Below are positions 36,447-46,167 of a DNA stretch of 64,000 bases, one piece after another. The notes beneath the pieces are model-generated. The model searched no databases. It had not been told where the DNA came from and worked only from the letters and a program-made list of their open reading frames with translations. Origin of the DNA: Bacteroidota bacterium. Its GTDB lineage: Bacteria; Bacteroidota; Bacteroidia; Bacteroidales; JAAUTT01. Positions within the stretch are counted from its first letter, which is position 1. Each line of letters starts with the position of its first letter. The position numbers and the translations under genes are program-made. Location of the stretch: positions 8,067 to 72,066 of the forward strand of contig JAIFLU010000223.1 in NCBI GenBank assembly GCA_020048915.1, given 5' to 3'.

Positions 36447-37501
36447 TGCCTGCCTTGTGTTATAAATGAAATTCCCATTTGTCTTTTTGCAAAGTTAATA
36501 CAAAATGTTCCTTTCGATAAGAAATCGAAGCCTAAAACTCCGTCAATATGAACACCATAGGCTTCATTTAGATGATCCATATAGGTAATAATTGTTTGCA
36601 TATTGTTTAATGCCGAATCGCCATAGGTAAAGTTATTCATTACCCCATAAATCACTTCGTTAGAAGATGAACCGGCACCTCTCAATTTTAATGTACGCGT
36701 AATCGAAATTGTTTTTAAAATATTCTTATCCAAATCGGTACTGAGCGCATTTGTTTCGGCGCCTGTATCAAAGCAAAACCGAAGTAATTTACCCCCAATT
36801 TTACCTTTCACGAATAGAATATTGTGCGCTACTTCTATATTTTGAGTAAAATCGGCATTGCACAGTTTGGTAGTATCGAGCAAATTGCCTTTCCTGTCGA
36901 TTGGATGAAGAATCAATTTATTATTGACGAGATCGATGGTTATCTGGTGCGTTTTAATAAGCTCGAACCCAAATAATCCCAGTACCTTAACTCCTCTCCG
37001 GTTTTCGATGTGCCCTAAATCGGTCAGGTTTGCCGATAATTTTTTAAATTTCATATTCCCCACAGCCAGGTTATCAACGGTAACTTTGTCGGCCTGCGTC
37101 ACACTTCCCGTAATCCCAGCCGAGGTTTGTTCCCCAACATTAAGATGATCGCGAAAGTATGTTCGATTTAATACCAGCGTGGTTGCTCCCGAATCGAAAA
37201 TCAGATTCCCCGCCTCTCCGTCAATCGTCGCTTCCATCATATACAACCGGCCAATTCGGTTAAGCGGAATAATAAAGGAAGCGGTATCGGGCTTACCGGC
37301 TATTTTCACCAATTTTGAAAGGGACTCTAAAGGGAATTGTGGATTTTTATTGGTGAGCGCTTGTTCAGGTGTATGCATTAATATTTTCTCAGGCTTTAGA
37401 AAAGTCTTCTCTTCTGAAAAGAACAACAAAAAACCTCCAAAAAAGCTTAAAAAAAATAAGAATACGGGAACAATGCCTTTCAAACCTAAAATTTTAGGCA
37501 A
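36443..37501 (-). CDS. Membrane-anchored two-lobed retropepsin-like aspartic protease
   Basis: N-terminal TM helix (IVPVFLFFLSFFGGFLLFF). Two aspartyl-protease motifs are present, LIFDSGATTLVL and FCFDTGAETNAL. It overlaps the downstream CBM48 gene by 4 bp. Confidence 0.65.
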   Translation of the reverse strand: MPKILGLKGIVPVFLFFLSFFGGFLLFFSEEKTFLKPEKILMHTPEQALTNKNPQFPLESLSKLVKIAGKPDTASFIIPLNRIGRLYMMEATIDGEAGNLIFDSGATTLVLNRTYFRDHLNVGEQTSAGITGSVTQADKVTVDNLAVGNMKFKKLSANLTDLGHIENRRGVKVLGLFGFELIKTHQITIDLVNNKLILHPIDRKGNLLDTTKLCNADFTQNIEVAHNILFVKGKIGGKLLRFCFDTGAETNALSTDLDKNILKTISITRTLKLRGAGSSSNEVIYGVMNNFTYGDSALNNMQTIITYMDHLNEAYGVHIDGVLGFDFLSKGTFCINFAKRQMGISFITQGRQ

Positions 37502-37609
37502 GTTAAAACTTTAAGACTAATTGATAATTATTGGAACATAAAATTAGAGAAAGGGTTCACAAAACAAAAAGTAATGGGATAAAACTCATTTAATCCAGAA
37601 TCTCTCCTC

Positions 37610-39469
37610 CTATTTTTTTATACCATCGTATATTGCCTGTTGAATTTTAGTCCGTATGCTCATATCGCTAATCTTCGTATTGGTCCGGGTAGGGTACACC
37701 CGGTTCGTCAACAAAATATAAACTAACTGATATTTGGGGTCGACCCAAAAAAATGTACCGGTAAAACCTGAGTGCCCAAAACTCTCGGGACTTGCATCTG
37801 GCGAAGGGTATGCATCTTTTAAACTTAAGGTATTATTATTAAGTAACGGTTTATCAAAACCTAATCCACGACGGTTATTGTTCTGAGGATATTGAACACT
37901 GATAAACTCCTTTACGGTAGATTCTTTCAAATATTGCACTCCTCCATAACTTCCATATTGCAAGTACATTTGGAGCAATTTGGCTAAATCGTTTGCAGTA
38001 GAAAACAACCCGGCATTTCCTGAAACCCCGCCTAACACAGCAGAAGCTTCGTCGTGCACGGCGCCTTGAACCAATCGTTTCCGAAAATATTGATCATTCT
38101 CGGTTGGAACAAGCCGGTCTATCGAAAACTTCAACGATGGATTATAAGTTATAGTTCTGGCACCAAGTGGTTGGTAGAAGCAAGAATCGAGAAACCTCAC
38201 ATAACTCGTACCTGCCAATTTTGTAATTATCTCGGGAGCTAAAACAAAAAACAAATCGCTATAAACATATTTGCCCCTATCTTTTAATTCCGAAAGACGG
38301 ATTGCTTTATATACCCGCTTCCTGAAATCGTTTTTAAGAAACAATCCTGGCGCAACCATTAATTGGTAACCGCTTTCCTCTTCAACCCGGTACCAAGATG
38401 GAGAAAGCCTGCCATTTTTAACCTTTTTTTTCCAGAAGGGAATGTAAGGGGTCAGCCCCGCTTGATGTGCAAGTAACTCGCGCACGGTAATATCTTCTTT
38501 ATTGGAGGAATGAAATAAACGCTTTTTCCAGTCGGGCCAATAGGTAGAAAGATTTTCGTCCAATTGTATTATCCCGTCTCCATGTAGTTTCATGATAGCA
38601 GGAAGCGCACTACTGACTTTCGTAACGGATGCCAAATCGTATAGATCGTTTTTGCTGGCAGGCACACTATTTTCGTATGTATGAAAACCATAGGCTTTTT
38701 GAAAAATTATCGTTCCATTTTTGGCAACCAAAACATTGCAACCCGGAAATGCTTGTTGTGCAATAGCATCATTTAAAATAGAATCGATTTTTTCGGTTAA
38801 ATGCGCCCCATTAATATCAACTTCCTCCGGAATAGAATACTTTAGCCGAATAGGATTATCAATGGAAATTCCACTTCCAGTAGTGTAATTCCCTGAAGCA
38901 ACCTTCAATTTCCCTTTTGCACCAATGCCTCCAAAAATCATTTGCGCCGATAGCTCCTGACTCAAATTATCATTATCATCGGCCACTATTAAACCATCGG
39001 GCGGTTGATTTTCTAAACTTTTTAGTTCTTCTGCCCCCGAAAATATTACCAGAATACATTTCTTCCTAAACGATTTTAATATGGATATATACCCTTTGTC
39101 TGCAGAATGCGCTCCCAAAATAAGCAGGTTATAGGGTGTAAGTTTCTTGATAAGGGTATTAAGCTGGTTATCCGAAAAATTATCTGGCAGATTGAAATGA
39201 TCCACCCTGGAGTAATTGCCAAGCATCTGCTGAAAAGGAGTGATGGTATTTTCTCCAACCGAAATACTTACAATTTTTAATGTATCCAGTCGTTTGAGAG
39301 GTAACAGGTTTTGCTGGTTCTCAAGCAAAGTAATTGATGCTTCAGTTTGTAAGCGCTGTAAAAAAATATCCTTATTAAATGCTGTAGTAACTGCCACCTG
39401 ACAATCAGCATCTATGTTTCTCAAAAGAGAAACTGATAACAAAAAATAACACAAAAATAATTGCTTCAT
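37610..39469 (-). CDS. Serine hydrolase (beta-lactamase/transpeptidase fold) with N-terminal GH3-C-terminal-like domain
   Basis: Signal peptide. SxxK motif (ASVTKVSS) in a class-C beta-lactamase-like context (FPGCNVLVAKNG...; HSGFTGT). The N-terminal ~200 aa (LLENQQNLLPL..., AQMIFGGIGAKGKL) resemble the non-catalytic C-terminal domain of GH3 NagZ-beta-lactamase fusion proteins. No GH3 catalytic barrel is present. Confidence 0.65.
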   Translation of the reverse strand: MKQLFLCYFLLSVSLLRNIDADCQVAVTTAFNKDIFLQRLQTEASITLLENQQNLLPLKRLDTLKIVSISVGENTITPFQQMLGNYSRVDHFNLPDNFSDNQLNTLIKKLTPYNLLILGAHSADKGYISILKSFRKKCILVIFSGAEELKSLENQPPDGLIVADDNDNLSQELSAQMIFGGIGAKGKLKVASGNYTTGSGISIDNPIRLKYSIPEEVDINGAHLTEKIDSILNDAIAQQAFPGCNVLVAKNGTIIFQKAYGFHTYENSVPASKNDLYDLASVTKVSSALPAIMKLHGDGIIQLDENLSTYWPDWKKRLFHSSNKEDITVRELLAHQAGLTPYIPFWKKKVKNGRLSPSWYRVEEESGYQLMVAPGLFLKNDFRKRVYKAIRLSELKDRGKYVYSDLFFVLAPEIITKLAGTSYVRFLDSCFYQPLGARTITYNPSLKFSIDRLVPTENDQYFRKRLVQGAVHDEASAVLGGVSGNAGLFSTANDLAKLLQMYLQYGSYGGVQYLKESTVKEFISVQYPQNNNRRGLGFDKPLLNNNTLSLKDAYPSPDASPESFGHSGFTGTFFWVDPKYQLVYILLTNRVYPTRTNTKISDMSIRTKIQQAIYDGIKK

Positions 39470-39503
39470 ACGAATTGATTTTCAGCAGAATTTGAGATTT
39501 CTC

Positions 39504-40613
39504 TTAAACTTTAATAAATATTTTCTTTTTATAAAGAAAAAGGCAGATAAGCCAAAAAACAACAATGTGCGAAAGTGCAAAAAGCAACGACCCATTTAAC
39601 TCGCCCGCCCACGAAAGAAATAAGTGTTTGTATGTCCAAGAATTACCGGAGATTATGGTACCATCAGCTTCCGTAATTTTAATGAACCTCGAAAAGCTCT
39701 TTGCCCATAAACCGGCCAGTGCAAATATGAAAAGCGGGTTCATCCCAAAAACCACGAAAAAGGAAGTCCACTTGGTAAAACCTTTTATATCGATAATCCA
39801 GATTAGTATGCCTAGCATTACGCTTGCTAACCCAGCTGTATAAAGTACATAGGAACTCGTCCAAAGCGGTTTGTTAATAGGTAATAATAAACTCCAAACC
39901 AAGCCAGCTGCAACTCCCAAAGCACCAAAAAGCATCAATTTTAATGGAACATCTGACTTCTCGGTTTGCCTGATTAGCCCACCGGCCAAATATCCTAAAA
40001 TAACCGTACCAATGGCGGGTATAGTACTCAACAACCCTTCGGGATCAAAAGGAATTCCAAATCCCTTATACAGGTGGGTGATCCCCAGTATTGCCCCGTC
40101 GACAGCAATAGTAACATTTCCAGTTAAACTGTATGGGTCGGCCCCTCCAAAAAAATAGAGTATTCCCCAGTATAAAAGCAGGATTGAACCAGCCGTGTAC
40201 AGCAAGTATTTTCGGGGTACAGCCAAAACAACCAGTGAACCGATTCCATAAGCCAATGCAATTCGTTGCAAAACTCCTAATATTCGAAGCTTGGAATAAT
40301 CTGCAGACCACTGAGGGAAAGAATTCAGAAATAGACCAATGGCGAAAATTAACAATGTTCGTTTCCCAATCTTAATGAGTGATTCTTTATTAAGGGTAGA
40401 GTTATACTTCGAAAAAGAGAAAAACATGGATACCCCCACAATAAAAAGGAAGAACGGGAAAACCAAATCAGTTGGAGTGCATCCATGCCATTCCGAATGG
40501 CGCAGTGGAGCATAAATATGCGCCCAGCTACCAGGGTTGTTTACAGTAATCATGGATGCGATGGTAATACCCCTGAATACATCCAGGGCCAGGTATCTTT
40601 GTGAATTTGTCAT
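39504..40613 (-). CDS. HGSNAT-like transmembrane acyltransferase (DUF5009/DUF1624)
   Basis: The N-terminus RYLALDVFRGITIASMITVNNPGSW...HSEWHGCTPTDLVFPFF is characteristic of heparan-alpha-glucosaminide N-acetyltransferase-like proteins. It is polytopic, with ~10 hydrophobic segments. Confidence 0.7.
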   Translation of the reverse strand: MTNSQRYLALDVFRGITIASMITVNNPGSWAHIYAPLRHSEWHGCTPTDLVFPFFLFIVGVSMFFSFSKYNSTLNKESLIKIGKRTLLIFAIGLFLNSFPQWSADYSKLRILGVLQRIALAYGIGSLVVLAVPRKYLLYTAGSILLLYWGILYFFGGADPYSLTGNVTIAVDGAILGITHLYKGFGIPFDPEGLLSTIPAIGTVILGYLAGGLIRQTEKSDVPLKLMLFGALGVAAGLVWSLLLPINKPLWTSSYVLYTAGLASVMLGILIWIIDIKGFTKWTSFFVVFGMNPLFIFALAGLWAKSFSRFIKITEADGTIISGNSWTYKHLFLSWAGELNGSLLFALSHIVVFWLICLFLYKKKIFIKV

Positions 40614-42052
40614 TGGTTTTTATTTTTTGAAATCATTAGTAAGCCGAGAAAAGTAAATAAACCATTTAAGAGTAACAGTTCAAATCCGAATTTATACCCT
40701 CCTAGTAAAACCTCGGAATTTACATTAATTATATAGCACAATACGGGCGAAAGTATACCTATAATGGGTACAAACTTATCTTTGACCATCCGTTTTGTAA
40801 ACATCCCAAAAGCAAAAAGCCCCAGCAAAGGGCCATATGTATAACCTGCCACGGTAAAAACTGCCTTCACCACACTATCATCGTTTATAATCCGAAATAG
40901 TATTATCACCAGAAACATTATAAAGGAGAAGGCTATATGCACCATAAAGCGTGTTCGTTTACTCTTGGGGGAGGTGGGGTCGAGTTTTAAAAAATCTATA
41001 CAAAAAGAAGTGGTTAATGCGGTTAAGGCTGAATCGGCACTGGAATAGGCAGCAGAAGTAATTCCAAGCAAAAACATAACTCCCGCGGCAACACCAAAAT
41101 ACCCCAACGCAAGGGTTGGAAAAAGGTCGTCGGATTTGGTGGGGATTTTTATGCCAGTTTTTTCGGCGTAGTAATATAACATAACACCGAGGCTCAAAAA
41201 CAGGAAGTTTGCAAGGATAAATGCAAAGCTAAACCAGTAAAGATTTTTCTGAGCGTCCTTCATACTCCGGCAAGTCAAGCTCTTTTGCATCATATTCTGA
41301 TCCAAACCATTCATAACAATTACAATTCCCAAACCAGCAAAAAACTGCTTAAAAAAGTTCGTCCCCGATTTCCAATCCCAATCAAATACTTTGCTGTAAG
41401 GATGTTCATAAACTACTTTTACAAAATCGACAGGCCCAAAATGAAACTGCTTCGAAATAATAATTAGCGTAATTCCAAGGGATAGCAGTATAAAAAGAGT
41501 TTGAAATGAATCGGTCCAAACAACAGTTTTTATGCCCGCCTTAAACGTATAAAGCCAAATCATAAAAATTGTAAAGAGAACAGTGAGCCAAAACGGAATC
41601 CCTATAGCATTAAAGAAAGCTACCTGCAAAACACCCGACACCAGGTACATCCTAAAAGAAGCCCCAATAGTTTGTGAAATCAGAAAAAAGAACGATCCTG
41701 TTTTATAGGAATTTGTTCCAAACCGTTTATCGAGGTAGCTGTATATTGAAACCATGTTTAACCGGAAATACAAAGGAATTAATACCAGGGCAATAACATA
41801 ATAGCCCACAAAATTTCCCATCAGAAACTGGAGGTAGGTCCAACCACTTTTTCCCACTTCGCCGGGCACAGAAATAAAGGTAACGCCCGAAATAGTGGCT
41901 CCAATCATTCCAAAAGCAACCAAATACCAGGGAGAACGGCGGTTTCCCGTAAAAAAGGTTTCGGAGGTCACCTTCCGCGACGATAAGTACGAAACCACCA
42001 TTAATAAACCAAAGAAACCTACAATAACAAAAAAGGCCAACGTACTGCTCAT
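40610..42052 (-). CDS. Sodium:solute symporter (SSS) family transporter
   Basis: 480 aa and polytopic. The N-terminal FFTGNRRSPWYLVAFGMIGATISGVTFISVPG is typical of the SSS family. It overlaps the HGSNAT-like gene by 4 bp. Confidence 0.75.
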   Translation of the reverse strand: MSSTLAFFVIVGFFGLLMVVSYLSSRKVTSETFFTGNRRSPWYLVAFGMIGATISGVTFISVPGEVGKSGWTYLQFLMGNFVGYYVIALVLIPLYFRLNMVSIYSYLDKRFGTNSYKTGSFFFLISQTIGASFRMYLVSGVLQVAFFNAIGIPFWLTVLFTIFMIWLYTFKAGIKTVVWTDSFQTLFILLSLGITLIIISKQFHFGPVDFVKVVYEHPYSKVFDWDWKSGTNFFKQFFAGLGIVIVMNGLDQNMMQKSLTCRSMKDAQKNLYWFSFAFILANFLFLSLGVMLYYYAEKTGIKIPTKSDDLFPTLALGYFGVAAGVMFLLGITSAAYSSADSALTALTTSFCIDFLKLDPTSPKSKRTRFMVHIAFSFIMFLVIILFRIINDDSVVKAVFTVAGYTYGPLLGLFAFGMFTKRMVKDKFVPIIGILSPVLCYIINVNSEVLLGGYKFGFELLLLNGLFTFLGLLMISKNKNQ

Positions 42053-42058
42053 GCGCTT

Positions 42059-43597
42059 TTATTTAACTTTTGGGGTGGAGGAAACTGATGTTTGCAATTT
42101 GAAGAATACCGGCAAACTTTCAGTATTGGTGTAACTTTGTGAAGCAACCATATAATAATATTTTTCGGGAGTTGTTGTTGCATTTGAAGCAATATGAACG
42201 GTAGTATCGGAGGTTACCAAAACAATATTTGCTGGGTTTGCCGTACTTGCACTCCTCCCCTTCCTGAATTTGTAAACAATAAAATTCTTGACCTCTTTGC
42301 CTGCACTCCATTGTAGTTGAATAATTCCATTTTCAGCAACCATAACTGCATCTATTGGCATATCGGGGGTAATGGCTGCAATTCGACTATTTGGAGGAGG
42401 AAGAGCTGGAAACCGATAAAATTTTCGAAGGAGTTTTTTTTGAAGATTGATCGGATTCTTTCGCAGAATTTTAGCACTAAAAAACATGCTGCCGGCAATA
42501 TTAGGGTAAGTGCGGTTTAGCTTTATCTGACGGATAATTTCTTTGGATGATCTCCAACTTTTGTCCTTTGATTTTTTATTTATCCGGTATGGCGCCTGAC
42601 CGATATAAAGCTGTGTTCCATAGGAATTGTGACTCCACCAATCGGCCAACTCGGTATAATTGGCGACTTTAAAACCTATATGCCAGTATAGTTGGGGAAC
42701 AACATAATCGATCCATCCCTCTTTTTGCCATTTGAGAATATCGGCAAACAAGTCGTCGAAGTTTGTCTGGCCAGCTTTGGTGTTCGACCCTGTGGAATCT
42801 TTTCCAACATTACGCCAAACCCCAAAAGGAGAAATCCCAAATTCGACCCAGGGCTTAAGGGATTGAATGCTATCATGAATTTGTTTAATCACCAAATCGA
42901 CATTCTCGCGCCGCCAATCGTCGCGGTTCTCAACAGCAAATCCTCTAGGATAGCTGGCAAATGATTTATCGTCCGGGAAATTTACATTTGCGATACGATA
43001 GGGGTAAAAATAATCGTCCATATGCACAGCATCAATATCGTAGCGCCGCACCACATCACTTACCACTTTGGCAACAAAGTCACGGGTTTGTGGAATTCCC
43101 GGATCAAAATACCGTGTATTACCATACGTTACAAACCACTCCGGATTAATATTGGTTATATGAGTTGGTGCGGCCGTATTTTTGGAAGTATCTTTAACAG
43201 CCCGATATGGGTTTAACCAAACATGAATATCAATTCCCCGTTTGCGACATTCCTTTATTGCAAAATCCAGTGGATCATAAAAAGGATCAGGAGCTTTCCC
43301 CTGATGACCCATTAACCATTTCGACCAGGGTTCGAGCTCAGAAGCATAAAAGGCATCTGCCGCCGGTCGGATTTGAAAAACGATGGTGTTCATATGGTAT
43401 TGCTTCACCAGATCAAGCAATTCAATTAGTTCGTTTTTTTGTTGATCTACAGTCAAACTATCAGCCGATGGCCAATCGATATTTTCAACTGTTGCAATCC
43501 AAACAGCACGCATTTCGTGTTTGGGGAATTTCTGTGTCCAACCACAGATTGGGATAAAAATTATTATTGCCAGGGCAACTAGTTGTTTCATTTTCAA
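42059..43597 (-). CDS. Glycosyl-hydrolase-like family 10 (GHL10/DUF187, YngK-like) protein
   Basis: Signal peptide. MRAVWIATVENIDWPS followed by a TIM-barrel-like pattern (IHVWLNPYR, VHMDDYFYP) typical of DUF187/GHL10. The C-terminal tail is beta-rich and FN3-like. Confidence 0.7.
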   Translation of the reverse strand: MKMKQLVALAIIIFIPICGWTQKFPKHEMRAVWIATVENIDWPSADSLTVDQQKNELIELLDLVKQYHMNTIVFQIRPAADAFYASELEPWSKWLMGHQGKAPDPFYDPLDFAIKECRKRGIDIHVWLNPYRAVKDTSKNTAAPTHITNINPEWFVTYGNTRYFDPGIPQTRDFVAKVVSDVVRRYDIDAVHMDDYFYPYRIANVNFPDDKSFASYPRGFAVENRDDWRRENVDLVIKQIHDSIQSLKPWVEFGISPFGVWRNVGKDSTGSNTKAGQTNFDDLFADILKWQKEGWIDYVVPQLYWHIGFKVANYTELADWWSHNSYGTQLYIGQAPYRINKKSKDKSWRSSKEIIRQIKLNRTYPNIAGSMFFSAKILRKNPINLQKKLLRKFYRFPALPPPNSRIAAITPDMPIDAVMVAENGIIQLQWSAGKEVKNFIVYKFRKGRSASTANPANIVLVTSDTTVHIASNATTTPEKYYYMVASQSYTNTESLPVFFKLQTSVSSTPKVK

Positions 43598-43640
43598 AGT
43601 GATTAGTATTTAATATATTCCATTCTGTTAGCTGAAACGA

Positions 43641-46112
43641 TTATAGTTTTTGAAAGGAATATCCTTTATGTTTTAATGTATCAATAATATAACCCAGTTT
43701 TGTATAGAATTTATCTGTCCGGTCAGGATGCGTTCCCAAGTGAATAAGGATAATTGCCCCATTCAAGCCCGATTTGTCATTCGATTCAAACTTCATTAAC
43801 TGCTCAATCAGTGCTTCTGACGATTTATAATTGGCAAGGTCGGGTGTTGTATAATCCGCATTAGTTCCTATACCGGGAGTGAAATTTATCAGCTGTAAGC
43901 CCATGTTTCCAGCCCAATTGCAAATAGCGGAATTGTACCATTCGTAAGGCGACAAAAATATTTTAGCACTATCGGCCGTAATCCCAAATTTTAGTAATTC
44001 TGAATAATTCGATTGGAGATCCTTCTCAAATTCTTCCTTCGAAACAATTACCGAATCGCGGTTTTGCCAGGTCATATACAGTAAATGTTTATCCGAGTGC
44101 GCTCCTACATAGTGCTTATCGGCAACCATTCGTTTAATACTTTCGGTAAAGTTTGTATTTCGAAGATAATTTCCTGTTAGAAAAAACGATGCCTTTACTT
44201 TCTTTCTAGAAAGGGTTTTTAAAATATCCGAAGCTCCTTCTCCAAATTCATCGGCCGAAAAGATCAGCCAGATTTTTTTCTTGCTCTTGTTTTTGCGAAT
44301 TACTGCTCCAAATTGGTCCTTTACATCCTGTTTTGTTGATTTATCCTGACTTATTCCATCCACTTCCAGCGAAGACAAATAGTAACTTAGACTTGCGGTT
44401 CCATCCATAGTAGGCTCGTTGGTGCTGTAATCGCCGATATCGTCGTGATAAACGGCCAATCCATTCTGAAACGGCAGATAAGGATCAATTCCAAAAAGTG
44501 AAATACCTTTTAAATTCTTATAGATGGTGCTGTATACCGGTCCATCCACAAATCCTCCAAAGGTAGTTTGACCCATCAATTTTGTAATAGACGAATGGGG
44601 CATTAAAGGGTAATCTCCACCGGCAGGCAACCCACAGATCATAGTGGTTCCCCAGGGATTGCATCCAAAAAGCCAGTCGCGTAATGATGCTTCTAACTCT
44701 ATAAAAGTTGAATCTCCGGTAACATTGAGATAAAGATGAGCCTGAGTCAAGGCGGCAACTACCAGATTGTTGGAGCACCAGATAAAGGGAACCCGAACCT
44801 GAAATGGATCGTTTTTACCTTTTTCGTAAAGACTTCCAAGCCCTTTTCGCATAAAGGCGATGTACTCTTTCGAAATATTATTTTGACCGGAAGCAAGATT
44901 GGCATGACCCAGATTTACAAATGGATAATATTGATAATGCCGTGCCGTATCTTTTTCCATCCAGAGAGTTACGGGTTCTATTGCCCCCCAATAGCTTGCC
45001 TGTTTCAGATATGTTTCTTTTCCTGTAAGTTTAAACATTTCCGATGCTGCCAGTTCCAGATCGTCCACATAATTATCCTCCTCATAGAAATAGGGCGAAA
45101 CCGTGCATGCCGTTTGGGTAACCCCCAAATCAGTCAAGGCAAATTCGAAGGCATCTTCCGCTTTCTTTTCAAGCAATTTTGCAAGTGCCGGATCAAATTT
45201 TTTAAATACCTGCGCTCCCAGGGCAAATGCAGAACTGTACTTTCCTGCAGTAGAGGAAACACCAGTTGAACGGTTTTTAAACTTCCCCAACCCCTGCGGC
45301 TTGCCGGTAATAAAATAAACTGGCCGAAACAACCCGTTTCCATAAGAGGCAGAATCCTTGTTTGGCAGGCGAAATCCCACATGATCGCGGTCGTCGGCAA
45401 TCTGATTGAACATTACCCCGCTGTCGGGATTCATTTTCAGCAACCAATCCAATCCCCATATGGCTTCATCCAGAATATCCGGTATTCCATTCGATCCGTT
45501 TAATCCCGCTGCATTGTAATTATCGCCATACGCTTCGGGGTTCCTGGAATAGGCAAATAACAACTGGTAAACGGCGTTTGCCGAAGTGGTGGTATATTGT
45601 AGGTAATCCGTAGCATCGTGCCATCCACCTTTCACATCAATAATTTCACCCGAGCGCGAGGGATGGTCCACAATAAAGCCATCGTGTGTATGACACGAAT
45701 CTTTCAGAAATGGATTATATCCACAACGCTGCTGGCGCATGTAATGCAAAATAAAATCGGACGCTCCGTTATAGGCCTCCGAAGCAATTCGAAAAACAGG
45801 CGAAGTCACCCCATTGGCTTTGATATAATATCCCCCTTCTTTTTCAACTTTTGAAAAATTGAGACGGGCCGCTGATTTCATTCCCCAAACACTGCCATCG
45901 AAGGTTTTTGCATTTCCTTTAAAAACCACTTCGTTTGTGATGGCGTTGCAAAGTTCAAAATCCGATATCCTTAGCTCATCTGTCGAGATAATTACAGCTA
46001 CTTTTACAGAATGTGGGAGATACCCCATTTGATTGATCCGGATCCAGGTTTCGCTCTTAAGATGTGGGGTTAAAAAAATGGCCAGGAATAAAAACAGCAG
46101 ATTCTTACTCAT
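43641..46112 (-). CDS. GH9 glycoside hydrolase fused to a C-terminal CE4-like polysaccharide deacetylase domain
   Basis: Signal peptide. CelD_N-like Ig domain (IRINQMGYLP...). GH9 motifs (GGWHDATDYLQY, ...YSTNEPTMDGTASLSY). The C-terminal ~200 aa (nt ~43641-44270) read IWLIFSADEFGEG...FFLTGNY...VGAHSDKH...IILIHLG, which is deacetylase-like. Confidence 0.7.
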   Translation of the reverse strand: MSKNLLFLFLAIFLTPHLKSETWIRINQMGYLPHSVKVAVIISTDELRISDFELCNAITNEVVFKGNAKTFDGSVWGMKSAARLNFSKVEKEGGYYIKANGVTSPVFRIASEAYNGASDFILHYMRQQRCGYNPFLKDSCHTHDGFIVDHPSRSGEIIDVKGGWHDATDYLQYTTTSANAVYQLLFAYSRNPEAYGDNYNAAGLNGSNGIPDILDEAIWGLDWLLKMNPDSGVMFNQIADDRDHVGFRLPNKDSASYGNGLFRPVYFITGKPQGLGKFKNRSTGVSSTAGKYSSAFALGAQVFKKFDPALAKLLEKKAEDAFEFALTDLGVTQTACTVSPYFYEEDNYVDDLELAASEMFKLTGKETYLKQASYWGAIEPVTLWMEKDTARHYQYYPFVNLGHANLASGQNNISKEYIAFMRKGLGSLYEKGKNDPFQVRVPFIWCSNNLVVAALTQAHLYLNVTGDSTFIELEASLRDWLFGCNPWGTTMICGLPAGGDYPLMPHSSITKLMGQTTFGGFVDGPVYSTIYKNLKGISLFGIDPYLPFQNGLAVYHDDIGDYSTNEPTMDGTASLSYYLSSLEVDGISQDKSTKQDVKDQFGAVIRKNKSKKKIWLIFSADEFGEGASDILKTLSRKKVKASFFLTGNYLRNTNFTESIKRMVADKHYVGAHSDKHLLYMTWQNRDSVIVSKEEFEKDLQSNYSELLKFGITADSAKIFLSPYEWYNSAICNWAGNMGLQLINFTPGIGTNADYTTPDLANYKSSEALIEQLMKFESNDKSGLNGAIILIHLGTHPDRTDKFYTKLGYIIDTLKHKGYSFQKL

Positions 46113-46167
46113 CGGTATACTTTGAATATAAATACTCTAAATTGTTGAACTCTCTCAGATATCTCAA

